A stretch of DNA of 25,223 nt from a virus (lineage: Duplodnaviria; Caudoviricetes): the IMG/VR virus record IMGVR_UViG_3300047551_002792, positions 1 to 25,223 of that record; one strand, given 5' to 3'. How positions within the stretch are numbered: position 1 is the stretch's first letter; each line of letters opens with the position of its first letter. Below the pieces are notes generated by a model. The model did not search any database and had not been told where the DNA came from. It saw nothing but the letters and a program-made list of their open reading frames with translations. Both the position numbers and the translations under genes were made by a program. Below are positions 1-8,455 of this stretch, in pieces.

Positions 1-2
1 TA

Positions 3-3000
3 CAAGCAAGTAGAGGTTTTATACCTAATTTTTATGATGATGAGGAAAGCGAATTAGGTGATGCGATTGCTAGAAAAACGGGATCGCAATTAGGCATAGA
101 TTCATCAGGCGTTTTAAATGTTGGATTTATGAGCAGTGAATTTGGTAATCCTTTGTATGAATTAAAATCATTATTCGAATCCGGCCAAGTGAAAAAAATC
201 AATGCCGGTGAAGTTGTTGGCCCTAGAATACCAAATCTGATTGTTAATTTAAAAACTTTGTTACCATTTATTAGAAAAAAACAAGCGGCTAGTTTATCAA
301 AAAATAATATAGATCCATTAAAGAAAACAGAATTTATAAATTCAATTTTTAAATTGAATGAATTATATGTAAAATACAACGAATTAGTAAATGCAAGTTT
401 AAGGTATAATGGCAAACCATTAGATGAAAACGTTAAAAAAGAAATTCTTGCTGCAAAAAATGAATCATATAATGCTTTTAAAAATCTAGGAAGTAAAAAG
501 ATTTCTTATGATTTGGAAAAAGACGCCTTGGCTCCTAAATTTTATTCGGATTTAAATTCTCCTAAATTGTCTTTTACACATAAAGGTTTATTGTTGCCTA
601 TTTTAGATAAATTAGATAAAGGTGGTGAAAAAATAGCTGATAGAATTCCTATATTTGGTTCATTTGTTCCTCAAGAATTAATTAAAACTTTAATTAAAGA
701 ACGTGGAAAAATGGTTGGTGGAAAAAGAGTTAGCGGATATCAGAGTTATACATCAAATGATTTAAATAAATTACGATTTGCTTTTCAAACAATGGGTGTT
801 AATGAAAAGCAAACAAGTTCTGTACATTTAGAAGATATTTATCCAAATGGTCTAAGTAAAGGTTTTATACCAAATTTTGCTGCTGATTATATTAATAAGG
901 TAATGAATCTTGAATCTAATATGAGCGGTAATAAAGCTGTATTAGATACACAAAGTGGACCTTTTCCATTCATACGTAATAGTTCTCAGCCAAACTTTGC
1001 AGCGGCTATTTCTGATCATGGTGGATTGAATAATGCGTTATCTGATTCTATAAAGAATCAAAAAGATGCTGGTTTGATGAACAAAGGATTTGTGCCTAAT
1101 TTTGCTGGTATGAGAAGGCAACAAAGACAACAAGCAAGAAATCAACCTCAACCATCTGCTACACAAAGTGGTTTTGATCCAGCTAGACTACAAGCTGAAA
1201 TAAATGCTTTAGCCACTAAAGCTTTAAATGATATTAGAAATACATTTTTAAGTATTCAAGCGTATCCAGCATATTATTTACTTGATCCAATTGAAAATGG
1301 TTATAAAGCTTTAAAGAATAATATACAATCTACTTTTGCAAAAACTAATAGCATGGTGGCTAACTCGTCTGGAGGTTTTAGCAATTCTGTTAAATCTTTT
1401 TATCAGAAAATGATGCAGAGTTTGCCTTCCCAAGAAAGGTTAGATAAATTTACTAATACTGCAATGTTTGCTGTGCCAATGATAGCTGCTCAATTTGAAC
1501 AAGCTTTATATGGCAATAAAGAAAGAACTGATTTAAGCGCAACGGAAAGAATGGGTAAATCATTTTTAAGCACAGGTTTAACTTCTATTTCAACAGGAGC
1601 AGCTATAGGAAATCAGATATTTCCAGGTTTAGGTGGTGCTGTTGGTGCTGTTGTAGGTGGTTTAGTTGCATTTAACAGTTCATTAAGTGCTGCTACATTA
1701 TCAGCAGATGAGTTGATGCAATTAAATGAAAAACAAACTCAAAAAGCTCAAGAAAGCATTCAATCAGCTTCATCTTATATTGATGCTCAAAAGAATTTGA
1801 CAGATATGATTGCTAAAGGTGCATCTTCTAGCGAAATAGAAAATGCTACTAAAAAACTATCAGATAATTTCAGTCAAATTAAAGACGTTAAATTACAAGA
1901 TGCTTTTATTGCTGCTGGTGGTGATGTCACTGAAATGATTAAAAAATTGCAACAATACACTACTGAAGTTGCTAAAGAAGGCGCTAGAAGAACTGGAATG
2001 TATGGACCAAAAAGTCTTACATCAAAAGAAAGAGCTGGCGCTTTAGCTATAGGATTTGGAGAGGACGCTAAAACTTATTCTAAACAAGTTAGAGATGCTA
2101 TAAAAGAAGCTCAGAAAGCGGGTTATGTTGCAAAAGAAAACGCTAGAACAGCAGGACTTGGTTATGAAAGAGGCATGAGGCCGACTAGCGCTTCTGGAGA
2201 ATATGAAAAAGCATATAATAAATCTTTAATGGCTTTTGCAGAAAAAATGGTTCCGCAAGATGAAAAAGATAGAGCTTCTGCTGTACAGACTTATTATGAG
2301 TCATTATTAGATAAACCGATTGAGGTTCTTGATATTTTAGATAAAGATGCTCAGAGGTTAGATTTATCCAAATATATTCAAAACTATAGAAATAAAGCTA
2401 CAGAAAGCGTCGCTTCAATTTTTCAAAAAATTCAAGATTCTCTTGAGCAAGCCGCATTTGAAGCGGCAATGAGTTTTGAAAAACAGTCTAGCGCACAAAG
2501 AATACAATCTATAATTTCTGACTTCACTTCTTCATTAAATGAGCAAATATCGTCTTATATGATGAGTAATTTGCCAGAAATCAAAAAATTTGAATATGCA
2601 AATATCGCCGCTAAAACTAAAGCTGAAGATTCTTTGACTAAATTAAATGATGATTATACATCATTTCAAATACAACAAAACAAAGAAAGATCAGATTTTC
2701 TACAGAAAAATACAAAAGAGTTAACAAAAGTATTTAAAGACTCGATGTTGACTTCGCAGGAAAATGCTGCCCTTTTTAGAGATAAAGTTTTAAAAGAACT
2801 TCAGAGTGGTAAGTATGAAAGTATAAATGTTAAAAATATAAGTGATCAGATTCAAAATCAAAGAGTAAACGAATTTCAAAGATTATTGAATGCAAATAAT
2901 TTAGGTTTACAAACTAATTTAAATTTACAAAATGCCAAAGATGTAGCCGCTTTTCAACAAGCTGCGAGAACTGCTATGGAAACCAAAGTAGCAGTTGCTC

Positions 3001-5258
3001 CAGAAGAACAAAGACAAGCAATTGTAGATCAATTTACTCAAATAACAGATGCTCTAAGCAATGCGTTAAGAGCAAGTGAGTTTGCTAAAAGCAAATTTGA
3101 ACAAGATGAAATTGCAAGAACGCTAGCACAAGCACAAAGAGAAAAAACAAAATTAGATTTAGATCAACAAAACGCAGAAAAAGAATTGCAAATAAAACAA
3201 GATTTAAATAGATTAAAAATTGCAGCTGAATTACAATATTCAGTTGAGAGTAATAGAATTCAAAAAGAAAATTTTACTAGAATAAAAGAAGCAGAAATTA
3301 CTGCTAAAAATTTAGGTTTCGCCATCGACATTGCAAAAGCTAATTCTGAATCATATATTGCCGCTTTAAGAAGAGGATTAGAAGATCCTCGCCAAGAATA
3401 TGGAATGGGTGTTAGGGAAAGTTTGGAAAGAAGAATAGGTATAGAAAATAAAGTTCTTGAAGAACAAAGAAGAATGGAAGATCAAAATTTAGCCACAGAA
3501 ATGGCTCAAGCTCAATTACAACTTGCTGCTGAAATTCAAAATACAAATGCATTGGAAAAATTGACACAGGTAATGAATGAATGGATAAGTAGTAAATTAG
3601 TTGAAGAATTAGGCGGAGAGTCTAATGTTAATTTAATTAAATCTCAATATGCAGGAAATTTTAGTCCTGAAGCTATTGATAATAATTTTGGTGCTGGTAC
3701 ATATAGAAAATATCAAGCTTATTTACAAGCTCAAAATCAATCAAAACTTGGTTCAGCTGGCGCATTAGGTGCAAATGCACCAGTACTTGATTTCACTCAA
3801 CTTTCTGAATTAGCAAAAGGAAATCCAGTATTAGAATCCCAAGTTGAATTATTGAAAAAACAATACGAAACAAGAGAAAAAATATTAGGCATACAAAGAC
3901 AAACTGTAGATGAAGATATTAGAATTAAACAAGAAAACGAAAGATTAAACACAACAATAATGGGTAGGCTTGAAAAAGGTTTTGGAAATATGGCTAAACA
4001 ATCAGATCAAATTATATTGGATTTAGCAGAAAAAGCTCCTTCTGCTTTTGCAGATGGTATGACAAATGCTTTAATGGAAGTCGCAAAAGGAACAAAATCA
4101 ATTGGCGATGCATTGCAAGATATGGTGATTAATTTTGGTCAAATGTTGATGCAAGAAGTTATGAGAGCAGCTATGTATAGAGCTATTGGTTCTATTGGTA
4201 GCGGTTTATTACAAAACGGAGGAATCGTTGGTAAACAAAGAGGCGGTATTATTCGTGCCGAAAATGGTACATATATACCCGGCAACAGAACTGGAGATAG
4301 AAATTTAGCATTATTAGAAGATGGTGAATATGTATTAAATAGAGAAGCTGTTGCTGCAATTGGGGTAGGTAATTTAGATAGTTTAAATTATCGCATGGCA
4401 CCTCGTTTTCAAAGTGGTGGTGGGTTCAATATGCAAGCAGAACAAAAATTAATTGATGATAAATTTGAGTATACTGGAAATTTATTGCAAGATAGAAGAG
4501 CGGCTCAAGCTATAAATTCAGGAGATTATTCGGCATACGCTTATTCTAATGATCCTTATTTTACTGAAATGAAACAAAAAGCTTATGAAGATTTTAAACG
4601 TAGAGAAATGGAAGATTACCAAAGAAAAGTAAAAAGAGCGCAAATGATTGGTTCAATTGTTGGTGCTGTTGGCAGTGTATTTTTGGCCGCTGGAATGAGC
4701 GGATTAGGTAAAGGGGCGACAGGAGCCGGTAAATCAGTTTCGTCTGCTCCATCCAGCTCTTCTCAAGGTAGTGGTTTGGGATTCATGGAAAAAATGTCAG
4801 GATCTGGATCTAGTGGTTCTTTAATAGGAAGTAATGCAAGATTAGCTAAAATAATGAATTTTGAACAAAAAGGAGGTTTGATTGGTTATCAAACTGGAGG
4901 TTTTATACCTTACGGTCATAGACTAACCGATACGTTGTCTAGATACATGTCTGGAGGTAGCGTTATGAATAATCCAAGTATTAGAAAATACGCTGTTGGA
5001 GGCGCTAATGGAATGTTTAGTGGTGCCACATCAAGCAACAACATGAGCACTTATAACAATAGCCAAAATAATGCTACAAATATTTATATTACTTCTAATA
5101 ATGAAGGTATGAATGTCAATTCTCAAACAAGCAGTTATAAACCTAATGATGTTAAATTGACTAAAGAAATGGCATTACAAATTAGTAAAATTGCAAAAGC
5201 TACATATATGGATGGTATGCGTACAAATGGCGAATTAAGTAGAAAGCAAACAACTTAA
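3..5258 (+). CDS. Tail tape measure protein, 5'-truncated (frame is open upstream of the ORF-track ATG at 129)
   Basis: Frame is open from nt 3 (QASRGFIPNFYDDEE...). Long Ala/Gln/Glu/Lys-rich helical body, hydrophobic Gly/Ala stretches (GLGGAVGAVVGGLVAF), and a typical TMP C-terminal motif (GGII...GTYIPGNRTGDRNLALLEDGEYVLNREAVAAIGVGNLDSLN). Lies upstream of M-L-K-I-J-like genes. Confidence 0.9.
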   Translation, partial: QASRGFIPNFYDDEESELGDAIARKTGSQLGIDSSGVLNVGFMSSEFGNPLYELKSLFESGQVKKINAGEVVGPRIPNLIVNLKTLLPFIRKKQAASLSKNNIDPLKKTEFINSIFKLNELYVKYNELVNASLRYNGKPLDENVKKEILAAKNESYNAFKNLGSKKISYDLEKDALAPKFYSDLNSPKLSFTHKGLLLPILDKLDKGGEKIADRIPIFGSFVPQELIKTLIKERGKMVGGKRVSGYQSYTSNDLNKLRFAFQTMGVNEKQTSSVHLEDIYPNGLSKGFIPNFAADYINKVMNLESNMSGNKAVLDTQSGPFPFIRNSSQPNFAAAISDHGGLNNALSDSIKNQKDAGLMNKGFVPNFAGMRRQQRQQARNQPQPSATQSGFDPARLQAEINALATKALNDIRNTFLSIQAYPAYYLLDPIENGYKALKNNIQSTFAKTNSMVANSSGGFSNSVKSFYQKMMQSLPSQERLDKFTNTAMFAVPMIAAQFEQALYGNKERTDLSATERMGKSFLSTGLTSISTGAAIGNQIFPGLGGAVGAVVGGLVAFNSSLSAATLSADELMQLNEKQTQKAQESIQSASSYIDAQKNLTDMIAKGASSSEIENATKKLSDNFSQIKDVKLQDAFIAAGGDVTEMIKKLQQYTTEVAKEGARRTGMYGPKSLTSKERAGALAIGFGEDAKTYSKQVRDAIKEAQKAGYVAKENARTAGLGYERGMRPTSASGEYEKAYNKSLMAFAEKMVPQDEKDRASAVQTYYESLLDKPIEVLDILDKDAQRLDLSKYIQNYRNKATESVASIFQKIQDSLEQAAFEAAMSFEKQSSAQRIQSIISDFTSSLNEQISSYMMSNLPEIKKFEYANIAAKTKAEDSLTKLNDDYTSFQIQQNKERSDFLQKNTKELTKVFKDSMLTSQENAALFRDKVLKELQSGKYESINVKNISDQIQNQRVNEFQRLLNANNLGLQTNLNLQNAKDVAAFQQAARTAMETKVAVAPEEQRQAIVDQFTQITDALSNALRASEFAKSKFEQDEIARTLAQAQREKTKLDLDQQNAEKELQIKQDLNRLKIAAELQYSVESNRIQKENFTRIKEAEITAKNLGFAIDIAKANSESYIAALRRGLEDPRQEYGMGVRESLERRIGIENKVLEEQRRMEDQNLATEMAQAQLQLAAEIQNTNALEKLTQVMNEWISSKLVEELGGESNVNLIKSQYAGNFSPEAIDNNFGAGTYRKYQAYLQAQNQSKLGSAGALGANAPVLDFTQLSELAKGNPVLESQVELLKKQYETREKILGIQRQTVDEDIRIKQENERLNTTIMGRLEKGFGNMAKQSDQIILDLAEKAPSAFADGMTNALMEVAKGTKSIGDALQDMVINFGQMLMQEVMRAAMYRAIGSIGSGLLQNGGIVGKQRGGIIRAENGTYIPGNRTGDRNLALLEDGEYVLNREAVAAIGVGNLDSLNYRMAPRFQSGGGFNMQAEQKLIDDKFEYTGNLLQDRRAAQAINSGDYSAYAYSNDPYFTEMKQKAYEDFKRREMEDYQRKVKRAQMIGSIVGAVGSVFLAAGMSGLGKGATGAGKSVSSAPSSSSQGSGLGFMEKMSGSGSSGSLIGSNARLAKIMNFEQKGGLIGYQTGGFIPYGHRLTDTLSRYMSGGSVMNNPSIRKYAVGGANGMFSGATSSNNMSTYNNSQNNATNIYITSNNEGMNVNSQTSSYKPNDVKLTKEMALQISKIAKATYMDGMRTNGELSRKQTT

Positions 5259-5259
5259 A

Positions 5260-6165
5260 ATGTATAACGCAATTACAAATTACGAAAATACATTCTATTT
5301 AAATGGAATGGCTTTGTCTGGTATTACAAGCGTTGATGGTTCTTATAATATAGATTATAAACCTGTCAATGTGATGGGTAAAGGATTTGTTAAACAAGTA
5401 ATTAATTCTATACCTACTGCGCAATTAAGTATAAATAGATATTTGGTAAATAATGATCCTGTTTTTAGTCTTACAGGTGATGGAGATAATTATACAGCAC
5501 AATATTGTAATGGTGGTTTATATTATAAAGGAAAATATTTTTCTTTTGATCAAGGTTATTTAAATTCTTTTTCTATAAGCTGCTCAGTTGGTGAAGTTCC
5601 GCAAATTGATTCGCAGTTTAATATATATGGAAATATTGGACCCGTTTCAGATCCAACTGGTAATATAAATGCTGGCAGTGTATTTGTTCCTCAAGTTAAA
5701 AATATTAATTTAACATGTCGCAATTCAACAACTAATCGAATAAAAGATTTTAGTATAGATTTTAATTGTCCTAAAACTCCTATTTATGGTTTAGCTAGCT
5801 CTAATGCTCAATTTCCTTTAGAAGTTCATAATGTATTTCCCATTGAAGTTACGACTTCTTTTACTCTTGAAATAGATAACTATGAAACAAAAGAGCTATT
5901 TGATGATCTTTCTTCATCTCCTATTACAAATTTCAATATAAGTGTAAGCGGAACAATTTTAGAAAATATACCTTTACAAACATACGACGGTCTTACTTTA
6001 ACAACTTATGATGATATAGAGTTAGACGCTTTTACTAAAGTTCAAAAAACAACTCCAATATTTAATTTTTCTAATTCAAATGCTATAATATTATCAGAAC
6101 AAATTAATTCAAGTGCGGATGACTTAATGAGTGTAACGTTATCATATAAAACATATTTAAATTAA
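5260..6165 (+). CDS. Tail structural protein, probably tail-tube/distal-tail-like fold with two related halves
   Basis: 301 aa, beta-rich, directly after the TMP. Halves LSGITSVDGSYNIDYKPVNVMG and RIKDFSIDFNCPKTPIYGLA resemble tail-tube hairpin patterns. Function inferred. Confidence 0.6.
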   Translation: MYNAITNYENTFYLNGMALSGITSVDGSYNIDYKPVNVMGKGFVKQVINSIPTAQLSINRYLVNNDPVFSLTGDGDNYTAQYCNGGLYYKGKYFSFDQGYLNSFSISCSVGEVPQIDSQFNIYGNIGPVSDPTGNINAGSVFVPQVKNINLTCRNSTTNRIKDFSIDFNCPKTPIYGLASSNAQFPLEVHNVFPIEVTTSFTLEIDNYETKELFDDLSSSPITNFNISVSGTILENIPLQTYDGLTLTTYDDIELDAFTKVQKTTPIFNFSNSNAIILSEQINSSADDLMSVTLSYKTYLN

Positions 6166-6171
6166 AAAATA

Positions 6172-7668
6172 ATGAAAATCACAGATTTACCTGTTGTTAC
6201 GCCTTCGACTATAACTCAAAATCATGTTTTTTGTGTTGGCACGACTAGCAGCACTGAGCAATTAACACTCGCTAACTTACAAAAATGTTTCACAGGTTTA
6301 ACTGCGCCATCTTCATCTTCAATTAGTATAATAGGTGGAACTACTCCTAGTGGTATTACTGTTGGAGCTAATGGTTATGTTGGAATAGATAAAACTAATC
6401 CTCAAGTTGCATTAGATATAGGTGATATTGGATCAGCAACCGTAGCAGAAGCTAAAATAACTTCTAGAAGCGCTGGTAGACAAGCTTCTTATACTTTAAG
6501 TGATAGCGCTGTAAGTTGGAGGCACACTAAAAAAGCCAGTGATACTGATTATTATATAGAATGTTCAACTAATGGTTCTAATTATACTGGTTTTTTAAAT
6601 ATAGATGTTAATGGTAATGTAGGCATATTTAGCGGATCAGCTGATTTAACAAATAAATTATATGTTTCTGGTGGCGGAGTCACTTTTCAAAGTGGCGCTT
6701 CAGGTATTTTATTTGATCCGGGCTTATGCGAAATTAGAAACACTGTTGCAGGTGATATTTTATATTTAAATAAAAATACATCAGACGATGTATGTATTGG
6801 TGATAATGTTTTATATGTCGAGAATGGAGCAAATTCATATGTTGGTATTAATAATACAGCTCCAGCTTATAATTTAGATGTCAAAGGTTCTAGTGTTTTT
6901 GTTAGATTAAATAATACAAGCACAAACACAACAAGTATGATGCTTTCTAATACAAGTAGAAATGCATATTTAACTTTATTTAATAATAATATTAATTTAG
7001 GCGGATCAGCTAGTAATAGTACAGCTAATTTAGTTTATGATTGTTCAAATCAAAAATTAGGAGTGGGAACAAATAGCCCATCAGCTAAAATACATATTAA
7101 ATCATCTGATACTATTCCAGTTATAGTAGAATCTGACATTGCAACTAAAAATGAAACTTTATATATTAATAGTTATGCATCAGGACCTGTAAATGCAAAT
7201 ATTTGCACATTTGCAACAGGAACCGTAGCTTCTCCAACAAAACGATGGTCAATTGGATTATATAGTACTGGTCCATATGTTGATCAATTTGCATTTTTAT
7301 TAGATGGTGGAATAAATACTTCCGCGATTAGAGCGCGTCTTACTAGAGATGGTGATTTACATATTAATGGCACATTATCTGAATCTTCTGCATTAAGATA
7401 TAAGGAAAATATTGAACCGATTGAAAATGTTCTTGAAGACGTTTGTAAATTAAATCCTGTTTCTTATAATTTAATAAATACATCTAAAAAACAATTTGGT
7501 GTTATCGCTGAAGAAGTTGATGAAATATTTCCTGACTTAGTTTGTCGAGACGGAAATAATGAAATTCAAGCGGTCAACTATACAAGATTAACTGCCGTCT
7601 TAATACAGGCTGTTAAAGAATTGCAGTCAGAAATTGAAGAGTTGAAAAAAACTAATAACAATGGCTAA
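6172..7668 (+). CDS. Tail fibre/spike with C-terminal intramolecular chaperone (Peptidase_S74)
   Basis: C-terminal SALRYKENI...LNPVSY...FGVIAEEV..IFPDLV...VNYTRLTAVLIQAVKEL plus coiled coil. Four GxVGI-type fibre repeats (GYVGIDKTNP, GNVGIF, SYVGINNTAP, KLGVGTNSP). N-terminus MKITDLP. Confidence 0.88.
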   Translation: MKITDLPVVTPSTITQNHVFCVGTTSSTEQLTLANLQKCFTGLTAPSSSSISIIGGTTPSGITVGANGYVGIDKTNPQVALDIGDIGSATVAEAKITSRSAGRQASYTLSDSAVSWRHTKKASDTDYYIECSTNGSNYTGFLNIDVNGNVGIFSGSADLTNKLYVSGGGVTFQSGASGILFDPGLCEIRNTVAGDILYLNKNTSDDVCIGDNVLYVENGANSYVGINNTAPAYNLDVKGSSVFVRLNNTSTNTTSMMLSNTSRNAYLTLFNNNINLGGSASNSTANLVYDCSNQKLGVGTNSPSAKIHIKSSDTIPVIVESDIATKNETLYINSYASGPVNANICTFATGTVASPTKRWSIGLYSTGPYVDQFAFLLDGGINTSAIRARLTRDGDLHINGTLSESSALRYKENIEPIENVLEDVCKLNPVSYNLINTSKKQFGVIAEEVDEIFPDLVCRDGNNEIQAVNYTRLTAVLIQAVKELQSEIEELKKTNNNG

Positions 7669-8455
7669 TTTTTTAAATTATCGAAATGTTGCTTTTAAAT
7701 TAGAAGATAAAAACTATTACGCAACAAAAGTTTCTTTATCTGCTAAAGCTAATGTCGATCCAGTCATATTAAACAATGGTTCTTTATTAAATTATGCTCC
7801 GCAAAGTAGTGTAGTTGGCAGTTTGTCTACTGATTTTTATTTGACTGGAGCATTGCCAGATTTTTTAAGGATTACTGGTTTTAATGAATCATCGATTACT
7901 GCAAATTTTGCTTCAGTAATAATATCTAATGTTTATCCAAAATCAATTAGTTTTAGTGTTGAGCCTTTTCAGCCTATTTTGATTTCAGCAGAATTTGATT
8001 GGTATGGTAATGTTAAAGTTGAAGATTTTACTTCTAATACAAATGAAGATAAAAACAATATTCAAATACCGAGTTATTTTGCTAATGGTTATCGGTCAAG
8101 TTTAACAACGTCAAATTTAGAAGGAGTTGATAAAATATTAAGTTTTGATTATAGCGCGTCTTGTGAAAGACCTTCTTTTTTTCATATAAATGATATAATT
8201 CCTTTTAGAGTTGCCAAATTAAATAGATCTTTACAATTATCTTTAAAATCCAACGATTTAGGAGGAATATTGGATATTGATGGTAAAAATGTTAATTCAA
8301 CTGTTTCTTTAAGAGATACATATGGCACTGTATTAGATACTTTTTCAATAAGCGGTATATTATTAAGTCAAAATTATGAAGTTTCAGAAGGTCAATATTT
8401 GCTAGCTTCAGCTGATATAGAACAAACAGTAACACAAAATAAAACTTTAGTATAA
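7661..8455 (+). CDS. Tail structural protein, tube/distal-tail-like, possible distant paralog of 5260..6165
   Basis: 264 aa, beta-rich, overlaps both neighbours. Similar layout to 5260..6165 (NFLNYRNVAFKL vs NAITNYENTFYL; YPKSISFSVEP vs YLNSFSISCSV; ILSFDYSASCERPSFF vs IKDFSIDFNCPKTPIY). Confidence 0.55.
   Translation: MANFLNYRNVAFKLEDKNYYATKVSLSAKANVDPVILNNGSLLNYAPQSSVVGSLSTDFYLTGALPDFLRITGFNESSITANFASVIISNVYPKSISFSVEPFQPILISAEFDWYGNVKVEDFTSNTNEDKNNIQIPSYFANGYRSSLTTSNLEGVDKILSFDYSASCERPSFFHINDIIPFRVAKLNRSLQLSLKSNDLGGILDIDGKNVNSTVSLRDTYGTVLDTFSISGILLSQNYEVSEGQYLLASADIEQTVTQNKTLV

Noticed and set aside
129-131. ATG 129 as the start of the tape measure gene
   Set aside because: The frame is open to the window edge and the upstream part contains another GFIPNF motif, so the gene starts before the window.
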